DNA from: Pristiophorus japonicus
Lineage: Eukaryota
Length of the DNA stretch: 64,000 nucleotides
Direction of reading: 5' to 3'
Assembly: GCF_044704955.1 (NCBI RefSeq)
Contig: NC_091999.1
Coordinates: 10,974,001-11,038,000 of the forward strand
A program made the position numbers and the translations under genes. A model generated the notes under the pieces. The model did no database searches. It saw nothing but the letters and a program-made list of their open reading frames with translations, and had not been told where the DNA came from. This document shows positions 1 through 10,169 of the stretch, piece after piece. Within the stretch, counting starts at the first letter, position 1. Each line of letters opens with the position of its first letter.

Positions 1-360
1 GAGATCTCCCCTGAAATGTGACCCCGTGAGATTCAGCTTCCAACCTTAGCGGCTGGCCAGGTTGCTGATTGTACCAGAACATATAATGTGCAGCACCGCT
101 GCTGGTTTTCAAGCTGCAAGTTAGTATGACATTACTTTCCTCTTCAACCTTCATTTCAGGAACTGGCTGTTGCACTGTATCTTGGTGGCTGCAGACTGAC
201 ATAAAATATTAGTAGCAGTAATCATCCTCATCATCATCACTTGACCAATAATAACATCTGGGTTACAGCATTGAAAGGAAGACTGGAGTTTTAGTAGGAG
301 ACCTTTAGTTACTGAGATGTGATTATAAATGAAGAGGAGCAGTTTGAGACCTTTCCACAT
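1..360 (-). pseudogene. TCR alpha/delta V pseudogene, family A (5' part only)
   Basis: Leader MWKGLKLLLFIYNHIS (313-360) with GT donor, but it is 48 nt (phase 0) and out of frame with the acceptor at ~196. The V exon reads DTVQQPVPEMKVEEESNVILTCSLKTSSGAAHYMFWYNQQPGQP, then loses V similarity. Paralogous to the intact V at 31948-32406. Confidence 0.85.
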
Positions 361-989
361 GATGATCCCTGAGTCTGTAACTGCACAGTCCTGGAAATCC
401 TCTGTCGGAGCAGATATATAGACAGGGCCCTACTGCACACCTGATCCAAACAAAGCCAGTGGAAGCAATCTCTCCAATAGCACAGGGCTACGAAACAGTG
501 TCAGAAGTGGAGCAGCAAATGGATTAGTTGCGTGCAGCTGCGACAGACACAAAACTGAGTGAATTCAAGGCTTTGATTATCCACTCGGAGTGCATTGGGC
601 GGAAAGGGTGATGGTTGGCTCGGGAGGTCTGTGGTCTAACCGCTTCTGCTTACTGAGCGAGTGACAGGGAATAAAGAGAGTTTGGGGGAAAGGAAGAGAT
701 TGTACAGCTTCAGAAATAATGAGCAGCTTCAGTCAGTTCTAAGTTTCAGTATTGAAACACAATATCTGAAACATGTGTTTTATATATAATCAACGAACCC
801 GAAATCCCTACAATGACCTTATTCTGAATAAATTACGCCAACAGAAGGCGCCGATGGCAAACATGGTCATTAGAGAGTCACGTGATGTAAGCAGGTGTAG
901 ATGGGAGAATAAACACACTGAAACAGATAGGCGCAAGTTGAGATCACTGCTGGTTAACTTCCAGTTCTTTTACTGCCCAATCTTCACAG

Positions 990-1310
990 GCGGATTTTGT
1001 ACAGATCCAGGAAATTAGTCTCCGTTGACACTTGCCGTTTGAGCAGGGGCTTCGGTGAGGTTAGATTGTGAACGTACAACCACGGATATTTACTACATGG
1101 AATGGTATCGGCAGAAACCGGAACAGCCTCGAAGCTGGGCAATTAGCAAAGTAGCAGCTTTGAAGGGTGTCGAAATCTCTGGTGGACGCTAACTTCTGGT
1201 GAAAGTACGGTTAAAGTAAGATAAGCGGTCTGAGTTGGGTGGACGGGGTGGCCCATTACTGTGCCGTGAGGCACTGCGTCAGATAAAAGCAAAGTCTTCA
1301 TACAAAAACC
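990..1310 (+). pseudogene. TCR V pseudogene, family B, with 23-RSS
   Basis: Acceptor ttcacag; VRLDCERTTTDIYYMEWYRQKPEQP...stop...ISGLSWVDGVAHYCAVR; RSS CACTGCG (1272-1278), 23 bp, ACAAAAACC (1302-1310). Confidence 0.88.
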
Positions 1311-1379
1311 TCAGCGAACATTCGCAACTCCATTAATTCATCGTTGTTGCGTTTATCTGTGGATTTAATTTGATCTCAA

Positions 1380-1761
1380 AGTCACGGCGACAAAAGCCTA
1401 TTAGGTCTCTAGATCATAGTGTTGTTTTCGTGTCCTTCTCTTTGTCCAAATCAGCACAAAAGCGGTGTGGGAAATCTGGAGAATTTTCTCGGTGCTTACC
1501 AGCGATATTGAAGTACCAATAGAGAGAGGAAAACGTTCGGATCTGGAGAAACTACAGTTCAGTGTAAGTTTGATCTTCCAGAACCGTTAATTCAGACGGA
1601 TAAAGGGACACGATGTCTCCGCTACTCGTTCCTGAATCAAAATATAGAATGTCTTAAAAGTCTGGGACTAAATATAACCGATGAAGCACATGCTGATCAT
1701 TTAAGCAAAATTCACCGGGCAGGACGACCATTATCAACAGTAATTAACATGGGGAACACAT
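1380..1761 (-). pseudogene. TCR V pseudogene, family C, internally deleted
   Basis: Leader 1716-1761 (MCSPC*LLLIMVVLP, GT donor) homologous to the leader at 3864-3909; acceptor at 1632; relic DIVSLYPSELTV..LNCSFS..YWY..SPDFPHRFCADLDKE; frameshifts; no RSS. Confidence 0.8.
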
Positions 1762-1988
1762 GGCGTCCGGTTTAGTGTTCGACAGAACAAGGCAACATGT
1801 TGATGCTATGTTGATCCTTCTCGTTTGGTATTAAAGGGTGATCTGAGAACAGGGGCAGGCATCACGTAATTGCAGACTGTGCGGCGGTTTCCAGGGACAG
1901 TGTTATAAATCATCCAGCACTCTGATAACCGCACAGGTTATGAGCGATTAGCCCCGCCCCAACCCCGACCACCACCCCGGGCCAGGCA

Positions 1989-2070
1989 GGTTTCTAGACG
2001 GTCCCTCGTGATCTTTGCGGCACAGTGTCACCGTACGACATGGGCTCTATTCTATCTTCACCAACAACCC
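1989..2070 (-). pseudogene. 3' remnant of a family-D V with degenerate RSS
   Basis: On the minus strand CACTGTG, 23 bp, CTAGAAACC. Position and flanks match the V/RSS at 18802-18890 in the duplicated cassette. Confidence 0.55.
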
Positions 2071-2224
2071 CTTTAAATACAGTTATATTTCCCGTTGCCA
2101 TAAGTTGCATTGAATAAAGTGAGCAACTTTTCGATCGGAATATCTAACAGATGGTGAGGGAGTATCCCACGCAATTGGGCTGCTGGTAAATGAGACCAAA
2201 TGAATTAATTGCCGAATAGAATTT

Positions 2225-2555
2225 TAACTCAGCCCCTACTTCAGCTCATAGTCGGGTGAAACCCTCATCCATGCCTTTGAAAACTCTAAGCTCGACTATT
2301 CCATGCTCCACTGACCGGCCTCACAGCGTGCACCCACTTTAAACATTAGCTCTTCCAAAGCTCTGCTGCCTGTATATTAACCCGTGCCAAGTTACGTTGA
2401 CTCATCACGTCTGTGCTCGCTGACGTACATTGGCTCCCTGTCCGACAACGCCTCGTGTTTAAAATTTACCTTCTTTTTCGAAAATCTTCACATTGTCTCG
2501 CTCATCACTGTCGCTGGGCCCACTCCAGCCCTCCAACCCTCAAATTCTCTGTACT
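2225..2555 (+). mobile_element. L2-type LINE fragment (3' part of RT ORF)
   Basis: ctcatccatgcctttg...ctcgactattcc...ctgtgctcgctgacgtacattggctccc, the typical L2 C-terminal LIHAF/LDY/LHWLP region, degenerate. Confidence 0.7.
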
Positions 2556-3398
2556 GTGGAGGAGAGAAAAAATATGAAATATGTTTGGTCTACAATTACC
2601 GATCAGAAAATCTCCACCTAAGCCCGATGCTGAGTAGCCAACTTGACGTTGTATACTCTCTAAAAGGGGGTTTGGATGTTTGTAGACTTACGTTCTAATC
2701 CCCACCCTCAATAATCTGCTGTCATGTCTCAGGATGCTCTCACCTCACATCCTTGTTTCCTCAGTCCTGCTTGAGACCGGTCGGTAAGGAGCTGCCTACC
2801 AGTGAATGGAAACACGCTCAACTGGGCCACAGTCAGTGTCCTAAGAAGGGAATGGTTAAAATTTTTGAGACAGGGAATGGGAATGAGCCCCTTGCCTGTT
2901 TGTTGCAAACCGGAAGCTGCGGGATTGTTATTGATGACAGGAAACATTTCAGAATTAAAGAGACTTTCTGAAGGACGGTGGAGATTGGGGGAACTCTGTG
3001 CTTGCGGCTTGTTTGGAAGAGCGTAGTCACGAACTTGTTAAATCTATTGATTGTGTATAAACAGACTCCGACTCAGCAACATAATCTGATCAAATAAAGT
3101 CTGTGTACAGGCCACGATCACTGGGTCCTGGAAACTAACAGAGGAGATGTGCAAACAGATGCACAATACTGGAGGCTGGTACCGAAAGAACATCAAAAGA
3201 TAAAGGGTAAATTAAGGCGATAGAAGTGGATTTATAAGTTGATTTTTCGTACGAATCTGAGTTTAAATCACTGAATAAAATTCTACAAGTGGACCTCGCC
3301 TCTTCTTGTTCAGAGTTGTGTTTTGCCACCCTTTTAAGAAGGTCTCTGTGACTCTCACTTTGGAGTTTAAATTTTTGCTACTGTGTATCCGTGTGAGG

Positions 3399-3412
3399 GC
3401 GCCCTCTGTTGA
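3399..3412 (-). promoter_or_regulatory. CTCF-like motif 24 bp downstream of the RSS nonamer
   Basis: TCAACAGAGGGCGC versus the CTCF core CCASYAGRKGGCRS. Confidence 0.6.
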
Positions 3413-3436
3413 GCACTGATTGGAATTCTCAGTATG

Positions 3437-3476
3437 AGTTTTTGTACGAGGTCCTCTATATCTCTGCAGCACTGTG
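3437..3476 (-). other. Recombination signal sequence, 24-bp spacer
   Basis: CACAGTG (3476-3470), 24 nt, ACAAAAACT (3445-3437). Confidence 0.9.
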
Positions 3477-3909
3477 GGCTCCATGGCACAGAAATATACG
3501 GCGGCATCGGAGACAAGCGTCTTGGCGATGTTTAAAGGAACCGTTTTATTTGTTTTGTTCATATCAGCAGAGAACCTGTCTGGTAAACCTGGAGACTTGT
3601 CTCCGCTTCCTGAGCTGTACCTCTTCAGTAAATATTTCGGAGCTTCTCCGGGATATTGTACGTACCAGAACAGATTTAAACCAGCTGTCGAGTAACTGCA
3701 GCTCAGGATTGTGTTCTGTCCTTCCTGAACCGTTAATTCAGGCGGATCCTGGAGCACCTTATCTTCGCCATTGATTCCTGTAACAAATCAGAGAATGCAT
3801 CAAAACGTCTGCGCATGAACATAACCCATGGAACTCAAACTGGCTGTTTAAACGAAGACTCACCGGGCAGCACGAACATTATTATTAGGAGGAAACATGG
3901 GGAGCGCAT
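3477..3909 (-). CDS. TRAV/DV: Intact TCR alpha/delta V gene segment, family C (leader exon 3864-3909, V exon 3477-3777)
   Basis: Spliced product MRSPCFLLIIMFVLP-G-INGEDKVLQDPPELTVQEGQNTILSCSYSTAGLNLFWYVQYPGEAPKYLLKRYSSGSGDKSPGLPDRFSADMNKTNKTVPLNIAKTLVSDAAVYFCAMEP. Both conserved Cys, WYxQ and DxAxYFC are present; GT-AG phase-1 intron; RSS follows directly. Confidence 0.95.
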
Positions 3910-4164
3910 TGTGAATTGTATAAAGGTCGACAGAATATAGCAGAATATTCTCAATATTCTCGTCGTTTATTCAGGTTCAAACGTCGTTCAGGCTCAGACT
4001 TCACTGATTGGGTGGCTGAGGGTGTTTCCCAGGGACAGGATTGGCTATTAACTCAGAACCGACAATTGTGTGAACCAATCAATTGCGGAGCAATTACTTT
4101 CTCTGCCGATTCCTTATTCTGTCTCTGTCTTTCACGGTGTCTCCACCTCTCTGTTTGTTTCGGC

Positions 4165-6418
4165 GATGTTAAGGGAAGGTCGTGTTTGACTGAATTGATT
4201 GAATTTTTTGAGATGGTAACAAGGATTGTCGATGAACCAGTGTGCATGAATTTTAGCAATGATTTTGACAATGTGCCACGTGGCATCCTGAAGAAAAAAG
4301 TAAAAGCCCATGGGATCCAAGGGGGAGTGGCAAATTGGATCAAAGATTGGCTCAGTGGCAGGAAGCAAAGTGTAGAAGCTGGCGAGTGCTTTTGCTATTG
4401 GAATGTTGTTTGCAGTGAGGTTCCACCGGGCTCAGTGCTCGGTCATTTACTGTCTGTAATATATATTAACACTTTATGCTTAAATGTAGAGTGCATGATA
4501 AAGAGGTTTGCAGCTGATACAAATATTCGCCTTGTGGTTGACAGTGAGGAAGAAAGCTTTGACTGGAGGAATATATCGATCAACTTCTCAGTGGAGCAGA
4601 AAAAGGGATAATGGAATGCAATCAGGAGAATTGTGACGTCATGCTATTGGGGCGGTGCAACAAGAAAATGGATCTCATAACAAATGTAGGATACTAAGAT
4701 GTGTGGAGGTGCAGAGGGACATAACAACATAAGAAAAGAAGAAACAGGAACAGGAGTAGGCCATATGGCCCCCCGAGCCTGCTCCGCCATTCATTAAGTT
4801 CATGGCTGATCTGATCATGGACTCAGCCCCACTTCCCCACCAACTCCCCATAACACCTTACACCCTTATCGCTTAAGAAACTATTTACATCTTAAATGTA
4901 TTCAATGTCCCAGCTTCCACAGCTCTCTGAGGCAGCAAATTCCACAGATTTACAACTCTCTGAGAGAAGAATTTCTCCTCATCTCTGTTTTAAATGGGCG
5001 GCCCCTTATTCTAAGATCATGCCCTCTAGTTCTGATCTACCCCATCTCTGCATCCACCTTGTAAAGCACCCTCATAAACTTATACGTATCAATAAGATCA
5101 CCTCTCATTCTTCTGAATTCCAATGAGTAGAGGCCCAAACGACGTATCCTTTCCTCATAAGTCAAACCCTTCAACCCCTAAATCAACTTAGTGAACCTCC
5201 TCTGAACTACCTCCAGAGCAAGTATATCCTTTCTTAAATATGGAAAACAGGTGTGGCCTCAGCAATATCTTCTATAGCTGTAGTAAGATTTCACTGCTTT
5301 TATACTCTATCCGCTTTGCAATAAAGACCAAGATAACATTGGCCTCCTGTTCATTTGCTGTACCATCATGAGATCCTTTTGTGTTTCATGCACAAGTACC
5401 CCCAGGTCCCGCTGTACTGCGGAATTTTGCAATCTTTCCTCATTTAAATAATAACTTACATTTTGATTTTTTTTCTGCCAAGGTGCATGACCTCACATTT
5501 TCTAACATACTCCATCTACTAAATCTTTGCCCACTAACTTATCCTGTCTATGTCCTTTTGCAGATTTTTTGTGTCATCCTCAGACATTGATTTTCCTCCC
5601 ATCTATGTATCGTCAGCAAATTGGATACGTTATAATTAGTCCCTTCTTCCAAGTCGTAAATATAGAATGTTAATAGTTGGGGTCACAGTACTGATTCCTG
5701 TGGCGCCCCACTAGTTACTGGGGTGTTTGTCCACAGATCCTTAAAGTTTGCACGATCGGCCGAAAATGTACTTAAAAGGCATATAGAATGCTTTCCTTTA
5801 TTACCCGTGGCGTAGACTAAAAGAGCAGTGAAGCTATGCTGGAACTGTATACAAAACTAGTTATCCTACAGCTTGAGTACTGCATACAGATCTGGTCACC
5901 ACATTACAGGAAATATGTAACTGCATTCGAGAGCGTACAGAGGATATTTACAAGGATGTTGCCAGGACTGGAAATTTTTTTAGCTATGATGAAATATTGG
6001 AGAGGCTGGGGTTGTTATCTTTCGACCAGAGGAGGCTGAGGCAACATTTTATTAAGTTGCATAGAATTATGAGGAGCCTTGATACAAGAGATAGGAATGA
6101 CCTAATCCCTTAGCAGAGGGTCAATAACGAGGGGGGGGGACAGGATCAAAGTCGTTGGTAAAAGGATTCGAGGCGAGATGATGAAATGTAAATTCACCTA
6201 GAGGGTGGTGGGGGTCTCCAACTCACTACCAGAAAGGGTGGTAGAGGCAGAAAACCTCATCACTTTGAAAAAGTACTTGCATGTTCACTGAAAGAGCCGT
6301 GACCTACAGGGTTGTGAAAATAATGCTGGACATTGGGAATAGGTAGGATCGCAATTTGTCAACACGATGGGTTGAATGGCCACCTTGTATGTTGTAATTT
6401 ATGATTCTATGATTCTAC
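4165..6418 (+). mobile_element. Old CR1 LINE 3' half, split by a younger CR1 at ~4720-5720
   Basis: KGRSCLT/VPPGSVLG/FAADT RT motifs, LEYCIQIWSP, and an (ATTCTATG)n tail at ~6401-6417. The host sequence resumes after the insert (gagggac|...|ggggtgtttgtccac). Confidence 0.85.
4720..5720 (-). mobile_element. 5'-truncated CR1 LINE nested in the older CR1
   Basis: Reverse-strand CR1 3' UTR (aacataagaa..aggagtaggcc) through the RT region (gtaactagtggggcgccacagg). Confidence 0.85.
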
Positions 6419-6694
6419 TGTGTCTGTGTGTGTCCCTCTCTTCCGTTCGCTCTCCCTGCTGTGTTACAATTTCTCTGAATCTCTAGCTTCAACACCACAA
6501 GGGGCTCCATTGATAGTATCAGTTATAATATATAAAACATTACTAAAGCGCAGTAACATATTTAAAATGGCAGCAGTCACAGCAAGATCCAAACGTTTAT
6601 TCATTAAGCAGTAATCATGATATGGTTCTACACCCTCTGTATTTGCCCCAGGCTCCTCAGAATTGGAATCTGTTTGTTTTAACGTTGTTTTGAG

Positions 6695-9550
6695 CATAAG
6701 AACTTAGGAATTAGGAAGAGGAGTAGGTGATCTAGCACCTCGATACTGCTGCGCCACTCAACAAGATCATGGCTGATCTGGCCGTGGACTCTGCTCCACT
6801 TACCCGCCCGCTCCCCATAACCCTTAATTACCTTATTGGTTAAAAATTAATCTAAATGTGATTTGAATACATTCAATGAGCTAGCCTCAACTGCTTCCCT
6901 GGGCAGAGCATTTCACAGATTCACAACCCTCTGGGAGCAGAAATCCCTTCTCAGCTCGGTTATAAATTGGCTCCCCCGTATTTTGAGGCTATGCCCCCTA
7001 GTTCTCGTCTCCCTGACCAGTGGGAACAACCTCTCTGCCTCTATCTTTTCTATCCCTTTCATTACTTTAAATGTTTCTATCTGATCTCGCCTCAACCTTC
7101 TGAACTACAACGAGTAAAGACCCAGTCTACTCAATTTATCATCATAAGGTAACCCCCTCATCTCCGGAATCAGCCGAGCGAATCGTCTCTGTAACCCCTC
7201 CAAAGCTAGTATATCCTTGCTTAAGTAAGGTGACCAAAATTGCACGCAGTACTCCAGGTGTGGCCTCACCAATACACTATACAGTTACAGCAGGACCTCC
7301 CTGCTTTTGTACTCCATCCCTCTCGCAATGAAGGCCAACATTCTATTCAACCTTCCTGATTACCTGCTACACCTGCAAACGAACGGTTTGGCATTCATGC
7401 ACAAGGTCTCCCAGGTCCCTCTTCACCGCAGCATTTTGTAATTTATCCCCATTCAAATAATATTCCCTTTTACTGTTTTGTTTTTCCCAAGGTGGATGAC
7501 CTCACATTTTCAGACATTGTATTCCATCTGCCAAACTTTAACCATTCGTTTAACCTATATAAATCTCTTTGCAGCCTCTCTGTGTCCTCGACACAACCCG
7601 TTTTCCCACTAATCTTTGTGTCATCTGCAAATTTTGTTGCACTACACTCTGTCCCCTCTTCCAGGTCATCTATGTATATTGTAAACAGTTGTGGTCCCAA
7701 CACCGATCCCTCTGGCACAACACTAACCACCGATTTACAACCCGAAAAGGGCCTATTTATCCCGACTCTCTGTTTTCTGTTTCCCAGCCAATTCTCGAAT
7801 CATGCTAATACATTTCCTCTGACTCCGCACATCTTTATCTTCTGCAGTAACCTTTTGTGTAGCACTTTATCGAATGCCTTTTGAAAATCCAAATTCACCA
7901 CATCCATCGGTACACCTCTATCCACCATGTTCGTTATATCCTCAAAGAATTCCAGTAAATTATTTAAACATGATTTCCCCTTCATGAATCCATGTTGCGT
8001 CTGCTTGATTGCACTATTCCTATCTAGATACCCGATATTTCTTCCTTAATGATAGCTTCAAGCATTTTTCCCAGACAGATGTTAAACTAACCGGGCTATA
8101 CTTACCTGCCTTTTGTCTGCCCCCTTTTTTAAACAGAGGCGTTACGTTAGCTGCTTTCCAATCCGATGGTAGCTCCCCAGAGTCGAGAGAATGTTGGTAG
8201 ATTATAACGAATGCATCTGTCATAACATCCGCCATCTCTTTTAATACCCTGGGATGCATTTCATCAGGACCAGGGGACTTGTCTACCTTGAGATCCATTA
8301 GCCTGTCCAGCACTACCCCGCTAGTGATAGTGATTGTCTCAAGGTCCTCCCTTCCACATTTCCGTGACCAGCAATTTTTGGCATGGTTTTTGTGTTTTCC
8401 ACTGTGAAAACCGAAGCAAAATAATTGTTTAAGGTCTCAGCCATTACCACATTTCCCATTATTAAATCCCCCTTCTCATCTCATCTTCTACATAATATAA
8501 GAGTACATAAGAATAAGGAACAGGAGTAGGCCATCTAGCCCCTCGAACCTGATACACCATTCAATAAGATCATGGCTGACCTGGCGGTGTACTCAGCTCC
8601 AATTACCCGCCCGCTCCCCGTAACCCTTAATTTCCTTATTGGTTAAAAATCTATCTATCTGTGACTTGAATACATTCAATGAGCTAGCCTCAACTGCTTC
8701 CTTGGGCAGAGAATTTCACAGATTCACAACCCTCTGGGAGAAGAGATTCCTTCTCAACTCGGTTTTAAATTGGCTCCCCCGTATTTTGAGGCTGTGCCCC
8801 CTAGTTCTAGTCTCCCCTACCAGTGGAAACAACCTCTCTCTGCCTCTATCTTGTCTATCCCTTTCATTATTTTAAATGTTTCTGTAAGATCACCCCTCAT
8901 CCTTCTGAACTCCAACGAGTAAAGAACCAGTCTACTCAATTTATCATCATAATGTAATCCCCTCATCTATTAAATCCCCCTTCTCATCTTCTAAGGGACC
9001 AACATTTACTGTAGTCACTCTTTTCCGTTTTATATATCGGTAAAAGCTTTTACTATCTGTTTTTATGTTTTGCTCAACTTTACTTTCGTAATCTATCTTT
9101 CCTTTCTTTATTGCTTTCTTCGTCATTCTTTGCTGTCGTGTAAAATTTCCCAAATCTTCTAGTTTCGCACTCACCTTGGCAACCTTATATGCATTGGTTT
9201 TTAATTTGATACGCTGCTTTATTTCCTTGGTTATCCACGGCTGGTTTTCCCTTCGCTTACTGCCCTTCTTTTTCACTGGAATATATTTTTGTTGAGCACG
9301 ATGAAAGAGCTCCTTAAAACTCCTTCACTGTTCCTCAATTGTGCCACCGTTTAGTCTGTGATCCCAGTCTATTTTGGCCAACACTGCCCACATCCCACTG
9401 TGGTCCCCTTTGTTTAAGCATAGTATACTCGTTTGAGACACTACTTCCTCACACTCAATCTGTATTACAAATTCAACCATACTGTGATCACTCATTCCGA
9501 GACGATCTTTTACTCGGAGATCGTTTATTATTCCTGTCTGATTATACAGA
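6695..9550 (-). mobile_element. CR1 LINE ORF2 (5'-truncated, degenerate), interrupted at 8491-8968
   Basis: Minus-strand ORF fragments DKSPGPDEMHPRVLKE, KGKSCLNNLLEFFE, VPEGSVLGPQLFTIYIDD, KFADDTK; 3' tail at ~6695. Confidence 0.93.
8491..8968 (-). mobile_element. Same-subfamily CR1 3' end inserted into CR1
   Basis: Near-copy of 6695-7165, flanked by the direct repeat attaaatcccccttctcatcttcta (8461-8490 and 8969-8993). Confidence 0.85.
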
Positions 9551-10169
9551 ACTGCGCTTCATTCATCAGTTGTGTTTTGGATATTAAAAATAAACAAAGG
9601 GAATCACCAAAATTTAAGCCGAAATTGCCACTAACGCCGGGTATTTCTCGTTCTGCACTAAAGTGTATAATAATAATAGTAAAAAAACCAAGAATATGTG
9701 TCATAATCAGTCAACAACATCCACCTGAAGTTCGAGAATTCCGTGCTTCCTCAGGCAGATGGCTGTTTACTTCACTTCGCCTCCAGAGGGAGCTCCGGCA
9801 TGTGCCTGCGATTTCACTGCAGCAAATCATTCGCAAGATCACAAGGTTGTGGAGGATGAGGAACGCCGTTCGTCCGATCATAATTTAATCTTCCAGAAAT
9901 TCGACACCCTAAAATATGCTGTATCTGTAAAAAGATGCTTATGAATCTTGAAATGCAATGTGATTTGCATACGAATCACAGAAAGATAACATGCAGTTAC
10001 AACAAGCTTTGGAAGGCAAATAGTTTTTAATTTTATTGCAAGGCATTAGAGGAAAAGAGTTTGGAAATCTTGCTGCAAATAAATTGAGGCTTGGTGAGAC
10101 CATACCGGGAGTACTGTGATCAGTTTTGTTCTCCTTATCTGAGGATGGAAGAATTTGCCATATAGTCAA

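Noticed and set aside
2555-3140. Possible solo LTR (TG..CA ends with AATAAA near the 3' end)
   Set aside because: No clear TSD and no second copy in the window.
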